Shown here: positions 15,816 to 24,902 of the stretch, one piece after another
How the letters are laid out: each line of letters starts with the position of its first letter
Position numbering within the stretch: position 1 is the first letter of the stretch
The notes under the pieces: generated by a model
The model's database searches: none
Seen by the model: the letters and a program-made list of their open reading frames with translations, nothing else
What the model was told of the DNA's origin: nothing
Origin: Armatimonadota bacterium
GTDB taxonomy: Bacteria > Armatimonadota > UBA5829 > DTJY01
DNA length: 32,053 nt
Assembly (NCBI GenBank): GCA_025358205.1
Contig: JANYKG010000033.1
Location: 1 to 32,053, forward strand
Reading direction: 5' to 3'
Position numbers and translations under genes: made by a program

Positions 15816-17540
15816 ATGCCGGATATACGAGAGTCTGCAAAGACAAATGATCAGGAATCAACTCCACCATGGATGGTGCATCCAACCCGCAAACGCAGGC
15901 GCGATAAACCCGTGTGGGTGGGGTTGTGTGCCGCACTGGTCATGGTTTTGATCACCGGGTTACTGGTGCGCTTCATAGACAAAAGCATCCAATACACCGA
16001 GTTCCTTGTCTTCAGCGCCCTGAGCGTAGTAGCGTCTGCGTACTTCTTCGGCCACAGATCTGCACTCCTGGCATATGCGGCATCCCTGGTATCCTATCTT
16101 CACTTCGGTATGCCCCCCGAAAACCGTCTACTCCCCATTGTCAGCAACACAATCAGCGTTGGAGGATTCGCCGGGCTGCTAGCGGGTATCACTCTCGGCT
16201 GGGCTGCGGGAGTGTTTGCGCGCAGGTCGCGACGACGGATAGAATCGCTCTCAGGCGAACTCAAAGAGTCCAAAAAACGCATAACGGACATCGTTGAGTG
16301 CATGACGGATGCATTCCTTACACTGGACAGATCGTGGCGCATCACCTATGTCAACGATATAGCTGAAAACCTGCTGCACCGGTCACGCGAATCAATTGTG
16401 GGAACCGACATGTGGAGCGTATTCCCAGAGACCGTGGATCTAGCATTTCATCGCGAATATCACAGGGCCATGAAAAACGAAATCGCTGTGGATTTCGAAG
16501 AGTATTACCGCCCTCTCAACAGATGGTTTGAGGTACACGCCTACCCTTCCACTCACGGACTGACCGTGTATTTTCGGGATATAACAAGGCGGAAAAACAT
16601 AGAAGAGGAGTTGAATGACAGCAGAGCGCGACTCACACTGGCCGCCGAGGCCGCGGAAATAGGAACATGGTACTGGGATCTGGTGAGAGATGTGCTCGTG
16701 TGGGACGGAAAGTGTAAGGAGCTATTCGGCGTACCGCCAAACATATCCATGACCTACGATATATTTTCCGGCATGCTCCACCAGGAGGATCGCGAGCGAG
16801 CCGATGCCGCGCTTCACGATGCGCTGGAACAGCACTGCGAGTACGACATAGAGTATAGAATACAGAACCCGGACAGTGGCGAAAAATGGATACACGCCCG
16901 CGGAAGCGGGGTTTACGACGAGCGCGGCAAAGCCGTTAGGATGGTGGGTATAGCGATTGACGTCACCGATCTCCGACACGCCCAGAACTCACTGCTCAGA
17001 GCCGAAGAGCAGAAACTGACATTCTACTGCAGGCTCATAGAGGCCGCAACAAACGGCAAGCTTGTACTCACACGAGCAAGCGAGATAGAGAAGTTGGCAC
17101 AATCCCCTCTGGCGCGCTGGACACTGACCGCACCGAGCGACCTTGCTCCCATCAGACATAGTATAACTGATATAGCAAGCGCGCAGGGCATGGACGATGC
17201 ACGAGTGAGCAAGTTCGCCATGTGTCTGGGTGAGGTTGCTACCAACGCACTGAACCATGCAGGAGGCGGTGAAATATCTCTTCACCGTGTTGATGATGGG
17301 ATGATGGTGGTGGCAAAAGACGGAGGCCCGGGAATAGCCGCGCTTAATCTGCCGGATGTGGCGCTCAGACGGCAGTATTCAACACTGGGCACTCTGGGCA
17401 TGGGTTACAAGGTAATCATATCCTTTTGCGACAAAGTGTACCTGGCTACCGGCGTGAACGGAACAACGGTGGGCATACACATGAAGTTCCATGAAGAACC
17501 CCTTCCTCTACTGGAATGCGCCAACATGGACGTGGTATAG
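15816..17540 (+). CDS. Membrane sensor protein with N-terminal TM helices, two PAS domains and a C-terminal HATPase_c domain of the RsbW/SpoIIAB anti-sigma/serine-kinase type. No HisKA phospho-acceptor domain is evident.
   Basis: Hydrophobic N-terminal 130 aa, PAS-like segments (TDAFLTLDRSWRITYVN..., GTWYWDLVRDVLVWDGKCKELFG), and ATPase motif GEVATNALNHAGGGEISLHRVDDGMMVVAKDGGPGI. Confidence 0.7.
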   Translation: MPDIRESAKTNDQESTPPWMVHPTRKRRRDKPVWVGLCAALVMVLITGLLVRFIDKSIQYTEFLVFSALSVVASAYFFGHRSALLAYAASLVSYLHFGMPPENRLLPIVSNTISVGGFAGLLAGITLGWAAGVFARRSRRRIESLSGELKESKKRITDIVECMTDAFLTLDRSWRITYVNDIAENLLHRSRESIVGTDMWSVFPETVDLAFHREYHRAMKNEIAVDFEEYYRPLNRWFEVHAYPSTHGLTVYFRDITRRKNIEEELNDSRARLTLAAEAAEIGTWYWDLVRDVLVWDGKCKELFGVPPNISMTYDIFSGMLHQEDRERADAALHDALEQHCEYDIEYRIQNPDSGEKWIHARGSGVYDERGKAVRMVGIAIDVTDLRHAQNSLLRAEEQKLTFYCRLIEAATNGKLVLTRASEIEKLAQSPLARWTLTAPSDLAPIRHSITDIASAQGMDDARVSKFAMCLGEVATNALNHAGGGEISLHRVDDGMMVVAKDGGPGIAALNLPDVALRRQYSTLGTLGMGYKVIISFCDKVYLATGVNGTTVGIHMKFHEEPLPLLECANMDVV

Positions 17541-17781
17541 TTCGCTGGTTCGGGTTGAGAGCAACTTTTATGCGCATCTCCTAGCATCCCCTCCAACACA
17601 TTCCTGCACTCATCATAACAGGCGTTCTGCACATACTAGCGACACACGTGACATACCACAAAAAAATCGCAGAGCAATCGCTATATAGCCGAAACCATTC
17701 GGGTGAAGGAGGAGTCTAATATACGTGTGGCGAATATCGCAACAGTAGGGAGTAGCTTCTTGATCATCGGATGCTAGCCCG

Positions 17782-17808
17782 CAATATTCACGAAGAACGT
17801 GAATATTG
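17782..17808. promoter_or_regulatory. 27-bp perfect palindrome caatattcacg-aagaa-cgtgaatattg, a twin of the one at 2641-2667, 58-84 bp upstream of the pentapeptide-repeat gene.
   Basis: Read directly from the sequence. The ATTCACG-N5-CGTGAAT core is identical and the flanks differ by 3 nt from the copy at 2641-2667. Confidence 0.5.
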
Positions 17809-17865
17809 CTCGAAAGGGCTTTCACTATGCAGGAGATGCATAATGAAAGCGAGGAGGTGCATATC

Positions 17866-18678
17866 ATGGCAAATCCCGATCACGTGGAAATGGCAAAAAA
17901 GGGCAAAGAGGCGATTGACGAGTGGAACAGAGGGCGCGTTACCAACGGGTCCACTGTTGGCGACTCGGAACGTCTGGACCTGAACTTCGCCGATCTCAGC
18001 GGAATCAATCTGGGTGGAGCAAACCTCTACGGCGCGGACATCAGTATCGCTGATCTGAGCGCGGCAAACCTTAGCGGCGCGAATATCGGCGTGGCCTTTC
18101 TGACTGGAGCCAAGCTGGCAGGCGCAAAGCTTATGGGCGCTGATCTCGGCGGCACAGACTTGACTGAGTCCAACCTCAGCGAAGCGGATCTGAGCGATTC
18201 ATCCCTCAGCCATGCGGACCTGGGCGGCGCATATTGTGTGAACGCCAACTTCTCCCGCGCGGATATGAGCGTCACATTCCTGACCAAAGCAAATATGGCC
18301 GGCGCGAACTTCACGGAGGCCACACTTACATCTGCAAACTTTTCTGAATCCGATCTGGCCGGAGCTATATTTCACGGCGCGGACTTGGGCGAAGCGGTGC
18401 TATCGCGCGCTCGACTGACCGGCGCCGACCTCACAGAGGCTAACCTCTATGGAGCCGAACTGGAAGCGGCATCCATGAAAGGCGCGAAGCTCTCCAGAGC
18501 AAATCTGAGCGGGGCAAACCTTCAGCACGCGGATCTTCGAGAAGCCGACCTCAGTCACGCCAATCTAATTGGAGCGAATCTGATGGGCGCGGACCTCAGC
18601 GATGCCGACCTGCGGGGCGCTGATCTCAGCGGCGCAAAGCTCGCCGATGCAAAACTACCGGACGAATGGAGTAGATAG
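17866..18678 (+). CDS. Pentapeptide-repeat protein.
   Basis: Tandem A(D/N)LSxANL(x)GA-type pentapeptide repeats throughout. ATG at 17866 with GAGGAGG 8 nt upstream. The track ORF start at TTG 17806 lies inside the palindrome and is unlikely. Confidence 0.8.
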   Translation: MANPDHVEMAKKGKEAIDEWNRGRVTNGSTVGDSERLDLNFADLSGINLGGANLYGADISIADLSAANLSGANIGVAFLTGAKLAGAKLMGADLGGTDLTESNLSEADLSDSSLSHADLGGAYCVNANFSRADMSVTFLTKANMAGANFTEATLTSANFSESDLAGAIFHGADLGEAVLSRARLTGADLTEANLYGAELEAASMKGAKLSRANLSGANLQHADLREADLSHANLIGANLMGADLSDADLRGADLSGAKLADAKLPDEWSR

Positions 18679-18686
18679 TACCGAAC

Positions 18687-18752
18687 ATGGCTGATGGCTG
18701 ATGGTTGATGATGGACCGAACCCGTCGTTCCGCCATTAACCATCAACCATTC
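18687..18752. repeat. ATGG-heptamer tandem repeat hairpin between convergent genes, a probable bidirectional terminator or REP-like element.
   Basis: atggctg-atggctg-atggttg-atgatgg at 18687-18714, paired with ccattaaccatcaaccattc at 18733-18752. accgaac direct repeats at 18680-18686 and 18715-18721. Confidence 0.45.
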
Positions 18753-18758
18753 TCTCAT

Positions 18759-19673
18759 TCACCTGTAGTGTGCCTTGACCTCGGACATATATCGCGTGCC
18801 CAACCACGATGAGTTCGCGTGCATCCACTCGGTCAATTTTGTGGGCGCATTCGGCTCCTGCTCAGATACAAGCAGGTTCGCCATCAACCCCTTCACCTCA
18901 TCACCGGTTAGAATCACGTCTCCGAGCACGCGGCTCATCATGCCGGTGGCCAGGCGCACCAGGTCCGGCGGCAGGTGCATAACCAGTGTCCTTCGATTCA
19001 CAGCCTCGCCGATCAGCGCCAGCCACTCGTCGAATGTAAACTTCTCCGGCCCCACTGCGTCAATCGTCGCATTCTCTTCCCTGGCTCCGTACTCCACTGC
19101 CAGGTCTGCCAGATCATCTACGAATATCGGCTGCATCCCGTAGTTCCCGTCACCCGGCGCAGCAAAAACAGGCAAATGGCGCAGAAACCACGCAATGTTG
19201 TTGACAAGAATGCCCTTGTCACCAAACAAAACCGCCGGTCTGAGTATGGCGTATGACATCCCGGATTCGCGGATTGCCTGCTCCACCAGCGCCTTGCCGT
19301 TGTAATACGGTAAAGGGGATTCCAAAGAAGGGTTTGCGATGCTGACGTGAACAATGCGCTTTACACCAGCAGCCTTCGCCGCGCTCACCAGCGCTCGGCT
19401 GTTCGCAACAGCTTTGTCGAATGTCAGAGATCCGTGGGCAAACCGAATCCAATAGGTATTATACAGCACGCTCGCCCCGCGCAGGCTCTCGACCAGTCGC
19501 TCTGGGTGATCGAAGTCGAACGGCGCAACCTGCACCCGCCCTTCGAACTCCGTGTCCGGTATCTTCGATGTCAGAGTGAGAACCTGCTTGCCGGATGCCA
19601 GCAGCCTCCTGGTAATGCTCCTCCCGGAGAACCCGAAAGCCCCGGTAACTGCATTGAGTTCTTGCAATGGCAT
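18759..19673 (-). CDS. NAD(P)H-binding NmrA-like / atypical SDR family oxidoreductase.
   Basis: N-terminal Rossmann motif AVTGAFGFSGRSITRRL and NmrA/SDR-like overall length. True start is ATG at 19673 (MPLQELNAV) with AGGAGG 8 nt upstream. The track's 70-aa N-terminal extension to 19880 runs through the promoter region. Confidence 0.7.
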   Translation of the reverse strand: MPLQELNAVTGAFGFSGRSITRRLLASGKQVLTLTSKIPDTEFEGRVQVAPFDFDHPERLVESLRGASVLYNTYWIRFAHGSLTFDKAVANSRALVSAAKAAGVKRIVHVSIANPSLESPLPYYNGKALVEQAIRESGMSYAILRPAVLFGDKGILVNNIAWFLRHLPVFAAPGDGNYGMQPIFVDDLADLAVEYGAREENATIDAVGPEKFTFDEWLALIGEAVNRRTLVMHLPPDLVRLATGMMSRVLGDVILTGDEVKGLMANLLVSEQEPNAPTKLTEWMHANSSWLGTRYMSEVKAHYR

Positions 19674-19802
19674 GATTACTACCTCCTGCAACCGGGGTAT
19701 TATATTCCTGCACAAGGAAATAAGCAACTTTTGGTGAAGTGGATTGTCAGTAGTGTGTGAATATCCGCAGAATACATATTGCGGACAACACGGAGGAGAG
19801 CA

Positions 19803-21890
19803 ATGAACTGGCTCGGTTATCTGATTCTGTTTGTGGTACTCATCATCTTGCCATCTATCAGAGTCATCGGTCCCACTCAAGTAGGGTTGGTGATGAAGAG
19901 ATTTGGCTTCAAGAAGTTGACCGATGATAACCCCATCGCTTTTGCCGGACAGGCGGGTTTCCAGGCTGATCTGCTTATGCCCGGTTTTCGGTTCAAGCTA
20001 TGGCTGATCTACAAGGTCGGCAAGTTCCCGTGGATACAGATACCCGCCGGCGAGATAGGAGTGGTCATCGCGCAGGTGGGATCAGCGCTACCAATAGGAG
20101 CGAAGTCCGCTGTCTTCAAACCGGAGTTCGGCAATTTCACGGACCTTAGATCATTTGTCGAAAACGGCGGACAGAAAGGTGTTCAACGCCCGGTGCTTCC
20201 TCCTGGTACGCTCGCGCCTATCCACCCTGTTGGATTCCTCGTAATCACAAAACGTGACGTATACGGCGTACCGATCTCACCGGAAACGCAACCGCTCGCC
20301 GCGGGCACCGGGAAACTTACCCCCGAGGCGTTCGGACTGCGGCCTGAACAGCTTGACCTGTTCCGAATCCAACCTCAGGTTGCCGGAACCGGCGCCAAGA
20401 TGATAGACACTATCGGCATCGTGACTACCTATGAAGGCGATCCTCTGCCTTCAGGGGACATAGCCACCAGGTTGGGGGAGTTTGACGATGTTGCCGCAAT
20501 GGAGACCGCTAACAACGCCGATATGGAGATCATTGAAGCGCTTCTCGGCAGCAAGAACAACCTTCACAACAACTATCAGGACTTCCAGTCTTTCCTGGAC
20601 CACGGCGGCAAGATCGGTCTGCAGCATGACCCTCTGCTGTACGGCGCCTATGCACTGAATCCGTTCCTTGTAGGTGTCGAGCTTGTCCCGATGCTGGTGA
20701 TCCAGCAGGGCGAGGTTGCTGTCATCAAGGCGTATGTCGGGATGGTGACTAAGGACATGTCCGGCGCTGAGTTCAAATTCGGCAGCCTTGTCAGGCCAGG
20801 GCACCGAGGTATATGGCAGGAGGCGCTGCGGACGGGCAAGTATCCGATCAACCCGCGCTGCTACCAGGCGGAGATCGTCCCAACCGCAATCCTGACCCTG
20901 AACTGGTCTGAGACAACTTCCCAGGCGCACAATCTGGACGCCGGACTCAAGCAGATCACCGCGAAGAGCCGCGAAGGATTCGTATTCAAGTTCGATCTCC
21001 AGGTGCAGATCCACGTGCCGGATACGAGGGCTCCGCGAGTCATATCCATGGTGGGCACGATGAGCAATCTCGTCAACGAAGTGCTCCAGGCAGCGGTCGG
21101 AAACCAGTTCAGAGACAAGCTGCAGAGCATGCCGGCTGTCACATTCATTGAGACTCGGCAAGAGGTTCAGAAGGAAGCCTTTGCGCACATCAGCCAGCAA
21201 CTCGCCGAGTACCAGGTCGAGACGAGAGGCGTCTACATCCAGGACATCCAGTTCCCGGAGGCGCTGGTCGCGGTGCTGACCCAACGCGAAATCGCACACC
21301 AGGAGATACAGACCTACGAGAAACAGCAGGCTGCGGAAGAACAGCGCATACAAATGGAGAAGGCCAGAGGTACCGCAGACATGCAGGCCAAGCTGGCAAC
21401 GTCCAAGGTAAACGTAGACATTGAGATTAACAACGCCGATGCGCAGAAGGCAAAGGGCGAAGGCGAGGCTTCGTACATACGGCAGACAGGCACCGCAAAG
21501 GGCGCTGAGGTCGAGGCGGTAGGTCTTGCACGTGCAAAGGCCTTCCAGGCGCAGGTTGAGGCGCTTGGCCAGTCACCCACCGCGATGGTCAACGCAATCA
21601 CCGTGCTGGCAGAACGCGGCATTAAGCTCGTGCCGGATACGTTGGTGATGGGTTCCGGCGGGGCAATCGAGGGACTGGCGGCGTCGCTGATGAACCACTT
21701 CGGAGGCGGCTCCGGAGGCGCAGTTTCTAAGATAAGCGAAGTATTGCAGCCGAAGCGAAAGGATACCGAGACGAAGGTTCAGGCAAAGACGCCAACCGAA
21801 GATCTGATGCCAAAACCACCGGTGACGGCGCCCGCGGCTGAGGACATGAAAGAGGACAAGAAGGCCGAGCCGCCGACACCCAAAGCCTAG
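19803..21890 (+). CDS. SPFH/band-7 (flotillin-like) membrane protein with a long coiled-coil region and a disordered C-terminal tail, 696 aa.
   Basis: N-terminal TM helix (WLGYLILFVVLIILPSI), SPFH-like region, EA/Q-rich coiled coil (QQAAEEQRIQMEKARG...) and a Pro/Lys-rich tail. ATG at 19803 with GGAGGAG upstream. Confidence 0.75.
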   Translation: MNWLGYLILFVVLIILPSIRVIGPTQVGLVMKRFGFKKLTDDNPIAFAGQAGFQADLLMPGFRFKLWLIYKVGKFPWIQIPAGEIGVVIAQVGSALPIGAKSAVFKPEFGNFTDLRSFVENGGQKGVQRPVLPPGTLAPIHPVGFLVITKRDVYGVPISPETQPLAAGTGKLTPEAFGLRPEQLDLFRIQPQVAGTGAKMIDTIGIVTTYEGDPLPSGDIATRLGEFDDVAAMETANNADMEIIEALLGSKNNLHNNYQDFQSFLDHGGKIGLQHDPLLYGAYALNPFLVGVELVPMLVIQQGEVAVIKAYVGMVTKDMSGAEFKFGSLVRPGHRGIWQEALRTGKYPINPRCYQAEIVPTAILTLNWSETTSQAHNLDAGLKQITAKSREGFVFKFDLQVQIHVPDTRAPRVISMVGTMSNLVNEVLQAAVGNQFRDKLQSMPAVTFIETRQEVQKEAFAHISQQLAEYQVETRGVYIQDIQFPEALVAVLTQREIAHQEIQTYEKQQAAEEQRIQMEKARGTADMQAKLATSKVNVDIEINNADAQKAKGEGEASYIRQTGTAKGAEVEAVGLARAKAFQAQVEALGQSPTAMVNAITVLAERGIKLVPDTLVMGSGGAIEGLAASLMNHFGGGSGGAVSKISEVLQPKRKDTETKVQAKTPTEDLMPKPPVTAPAAEDMKEDKKAEPPTPKA

Positions 21891-21913
21891 TGACTGGTCC
21901 AATACAAACGACG

Positions 21914-21943
21914 AACGGCGTCCGCAAATGAGTGGACGCCGTT
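21914..21943. terminator. Bidirectional intrinsic terminator between convergent genes (perfect 10-bp stem aacggcgtcc/ggacgccgtt, 10-nt loop).
   Basis: Followed by CTTATTG on the plus strand and TTTGTATT on the minus strand. Located between the flotillin stop (21890) and the GDPD stop (21976). Confidence 0.7.
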
Positions 21944-21975
21944 CTTATTGATGTGTATACTGCAGGAAGCTGCGA

Positions 21976-22836
21976 TCAGCGCAACCGGGCTATCAACTCC
22001 TGCAGGGTGACGATCTCATCCCGGTCGGCATTAACGGAATCCGCACCCGCTGCAAGGCACTCCGACATCGCGGCATGACCATCCCAAATGCGCACGTTGA
22101 ACCGCCCCTTCGCTCCGGTGTCCGTTCCATCATGGAGTGAGCGAACTCTGCTGACGATGTCCTTACCATATCTAATGGAAACCCACTGAAACTGCGTTCG
22201 CCCCGGTGATAGATTGACTATCTCGTCAGAGTAATCGTGCGTTTCGGCGATGCACAGACGGTTGATCTGCTCCGGCTTGAAATGGCTGTAGAACTCGCGA
22301 GGATACGATCCGGTGATGACGACCGTGATTCCGCGCGGTGCATCCCCTTTGGATACGCTCGTGCTCAGGATGTTTGAGTGCCGCTGAAGCGTCTCGGCGA
22401 TGCAATCGAAAAGTGCCGGTGAATTTTCCTTTGGCTCCAGTACCAGGAAGAACTGCCAGCCATCCGCATGGACGGTCGCTGACTTACCTTCGTGCGCAAG
22501 TATCGTCTCAATTGCGGATTCCAGCGTAGGGCTTTCCGCAGTCGCTCGGTCGTGATTGCAGACTACCATGCCATCGGATGCGCGGACGTGTACGTCAAGC
22601 TCAACTGCATGTACTTTGTGGTCCAATGCGAACCGAACATCGTCCAGTGTAAGCTGCTTCGACGAGGGATGCCAATGCACTACCACTCGCGGATGATGAA
22701 ACTCACGGATATGCGTAGTGGAACCTCCCGACCTCTTGGACAATCCTTCCGATTCGACTGCCGCGCATTGAACGGCGAGTACCAAGAGCAGAATTATCAT
22801 CCCGGTAACGAACATGATTAACCGAATCGTTTTCAT
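21976..22836 (-). CDS. Secreted glycerophosphodiester phosphodiesterase (GDPD / PI-PLC-like) family protein.
   Basis: Signal peptide MKTIRLIMFVTGMIILLLVLAVQCAA and GDPD-like His/Glu/Asp motifs (HHPRVVVHWHP...ELDVHV...VCNHD). ATG at 22836 with AAGGAG 7 nt upstream. The track's GTG at 22857 is less likely. Confidence 0.65.
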   Translation of the reverse strand: MKTIRLIMFVTGMIILLLVLAVQCAAVESEGLSKRSGGSTTHIREFHHPRVVVHWHPSSKQLTLDDVRFALDHKVHAVELDVHVRASDGMVVCNHDRATAESPTLESAIETILAHEGKSATVHADGWQFFLVLEPKENSPALFDCIAETLQRHSNILSTSVSKGDAPRGITVVITGSYPREFYSHFKPEQINRLCIAETHDYSDEIVNLSPGRTQFQWVSIRYGKDIVSRVRSLHDGTDTGAKGRFNVRIWDGHAAMSECLAAGADSVNADRDEIVTLQELIARLR

Positions 22837-23039
22837 TCCAGGACTCCTTGTCTTCACCGCAATGATTCATGCGCTAAGCTCTCTTGCTCGCATTATATGG
22901 TGAAGCGGATGTCTCGTCAAGCAAGGCATAAACCGGCATCATTAATACCACAAAAGCTGGATGCATACGTTCTGCCATTTGTCCAGCGATGTGATCCTTC
23001 CCTCATCCCATTGCAGATCGCTTCTACGGGTAGGTTGCG

Positions 23040-23068
23040 TTGAAAATTACGTGCTTTGTATTATATAT
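23040..23068 (+). promoter_or_regulatory. Sigma70-like promoter TTGAAA-N16/17-TATATA in an AT-rich stretch, about 170 nt upstream of the small zinc-ribbon gene.
   Basis: -35 box at 23040-23045 and -10 box around 23062-23068, read directly from the sequence. Confidence 0.4.
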
Positions 23069-23239
23069 TTACGGGAATGACTGAGAGGAAGAGATTCACC
23101 CATTCACGTAAACATACCGCGAAGACCGAAAAACTTTCCAATATCGCCCATCATCATCGCGAATCCAAAAGCGCGGGGCCACGGAAGGTAGATCAAGATT
23201 CGCGCGGTGGGCAAGGACGCTGTAGTTGTGGAGGCGGAC

Positions 23240-23542
23240 ATGCTGAAACCGCAGGCCTTGGAAAGCTATGTTACGGTGAGCAGTTGGCGAATCGCCGAAT
23301 GCACCGGGCAGGATTCATGTGTATGCGCCCGATGCAACGGAAAGATGGCTTCAGTAAAACTCTGCGCGCCGTGCCTGGTTGAGATGACGCATATGATGGC
23401 GCCTTCAGAACCGGAGAGAATCGAAGAACGTCAGCAAACAGACAAGCGGAATGGAATCGTTGAGTGGGCTGGGATAATGCTGCTTTCATCCTGCGCGTTG
23501 GGGTTGGGCATCATTCTCCTTTGGGGGGCCATTCAGCGCTGA
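23240..23542 (+). CDS. Small membrane-anchored protein with a zinc-ribbon-like Cys cluster (C-x-C-x2-C ... C-x2-C) and one C-terminal TM helix, about 100 aa.
   Basis: ATG at 23240 with GGAGG 5 nt upstream. GC3-biased codon usage, unlike the overlapping 23056 frame. A strong intrinsic terminator follows at 23582-23624. Confidence 0.45.
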   Translation: MLKPQALESYVTVSSWRIAECTGQDSCVCARCNGKMASVKLCAPCLVEMTHMMAPSEPERIEERQQTDKRNGIVEWAGIMLLSSCALGLGIILLWGAIQR

Positions 23543-23581
23543 CCGAACATCAACCTTATCACCTGATCTCCCTCCATACAC

Positions 23582-23624
23582 GGACCGGAGTCGTGGTAGT
23601 ACTTGACTCCGGTCCTTCTTTCTG
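23582..23624 (+). terminator. Intrinsic terminator (perfect 11-bp stem ggaccggagtc/gactccggtcc, 12-nt loop, then TTCTTTCTG).
   Basis: Read directly from the sequence. Lies 40 nt after the small gene's stop, also at the 3' end of the convergent minus-strand gene. Confidence 0.65.
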
Positions 23625-23679
23625 ACTGCAGGTAAAGCGCCAGCGTAACCCATACGCCACCCCGGCGACTGCTCATCAC

Positions 23680-24837
23680 TCAGTTGTTCTCGTTCGGAAC
23701 AGAACCGCCAGTGGTATCTTCCTGTCCGGGCATGCCCTTGCCGCCAAGCATCATCATCAGCGTCGTCTTCGTCTGAATCCTCGGTATCGGCTGCACCTTC
23801 TCCATCGCGACGCCGGGTCCGTAGCCGACCATGGTGAGGTTCGCCATACTGCAATCCTTAAAGATACCGATCGGCGCTGTCACGTCTGTTCGTGTTCCGG
23901 CCATCATAACTGTGTCCGCCACAAACTTCCGAACCTGTGCCATCTGCAAATAGTCCCAATCTACCGACATGGATTCTTCCTGCCACACCTCGGCCGAACT
24001 CCAGATGATTAGCGTGCTCTTCCCCTCCATCCCGAATATGGAAGCCCGTGAACCAAGCAGGTTCGGGATCGGCTTCCATTCAAACTTGATGGCTTTCTCC
24101 AGATCAACCTTCTCCTCCATGCTGGGCGCAATCATGTCTATTGGGCCGAGGAAATCCACATTGGCCGGACAGTCAATCGTCACGTTCCCTGTGTAGCTGG
24201 TGGTAAGAGCATAGGAACCAGGCAGCACGGCGTCCTTGGCAATGCGACCCGGCTGCTTCTTAGTCGGCCAGTAAGCAGTAGTCCAATCCGGCTTGTAGAA
24301 ATAGGACGAGGCCCCTGACTTCTGCGAAGACTCCTTCATGACGCGCTTCTGATCCGCCGTCATGGAACTCATTTTGATGACCTTGGGCTGACCCGGCTTA
24401 ACGGTTGCCGATGATCCCCAGTAGTATTTGATCGTAAAGTCTGTGCTACCGGCCTGCGCTGGCGCTTCACCTTCGCCGGTAGTTCCACCAACCTTCTCAG
24501 CCTTGGGTCGGTATATCTCCAGGTCCAGCTTGTCACCCTGTTTCAATCCCTTTGGCGGTGCGATGGCTGCTGTGGCTGAATCAGGCGCGAGTCCCGGCGA
24601 CCACAGGCGCACATCAAGCTTTCTTTTCGGCGCACCCATGCCCATAAGCTGCTCCATTCCGGGCATATCAGCAAGTTTGCTCATGTCCACGCCCGGCGGC
24701 AAGGCAGGCATTGCAGGCATACCGGCAATCTTGGTAACACTTGTCTCAGCAAAAATGCCGAGATAAGCCTGGTCTCCAACTGCGTAGACGGACGCAGCGG
24801 CTGACAACAGCAACAGAATCAACGCAAATCTCTTCAT
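23680..24837 (-). CDS. Secreted protein of unknown function with Met-rich (MxxM-type) segments.
   Basis: Signal peptide MKRFALILLLLSAAASVYA. Met-rich stretch GMPAMPALPPGVDMSKLADMPGMEQLMGMG near the N-terminus and TLMMMLGGKGMPG at the C-terminus. GGGAGG 8 nt upstream of the ATG. Confidence 0.6.
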   Translation of the reverse strand: MKRFALILLLLSAAASVYAVGDQAYLGIFAETSVTKIAGMPAMPALPPGVDMSKLADMPGMEQLMGMGAPKRKLDVRLWSPGLAPDSATAAIAPPKGLKQGDKLDLEIYRPKAEKVGGTTGEGEAPAQAGSTDFTIKYYWGSSATVKPGQPKVIKMSSMTADQKRVMKESSQKSGASSYFYKPDWTTAYWPTKKQPGRIAKDAVLPGSYALTTSYTGNVTIDCPANVDFLGPIDMIAPSMEEKVDLEKAIKFEWKPIPNLLGSRASIFGMEGKSTLIIWSSAEVWQEESMSVDWDYLQMAQVRKFVADTVMMAGTRTDVTAPIGIFKDCSMANLTMVGYGPGVAMEKVQPIPRIQTKTTLMMMLGGKGMPGQEDTTGGSVPNENN

Positions 24838-24873
24838 GGATTAGCCTCCCGTGGTTAGTCATTCATCATTGGT

Positions 24874-24902
24874 ATTATATGTAATCCAGGCTGCACGGTC
24901 AA
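24874..24902 (-). promoter_or_regulatory. Canonical sigma70 promoter TTGACC-N17-TATAAT on the minus strand for the secreted-protein gene.
   Basis: -35 box is the reverse complement of 24897-24902 and -10 box the reverse complement of 24874-24879, with an exact 17-nt spacer. Predicted TSS is about 30 nt upstream of the ATG at 24837. Confidence 0.65.

Noticed and set aside
23056-23382. 108-aa highly basic ORF (MYYIFTGMTERKRFTHSRKH...) downstream of the AT-rich promoter.
   Set aside because: It has poor GC3 bias and no RBS, and overlaps the better-supported 23240 frame. That frame has GGAGG, GC3-rich codons, a Cys cluster, a TM helix and a terminator. It is more likely an untranslated leader, but this is not excluded; Ribo-seq would decide.
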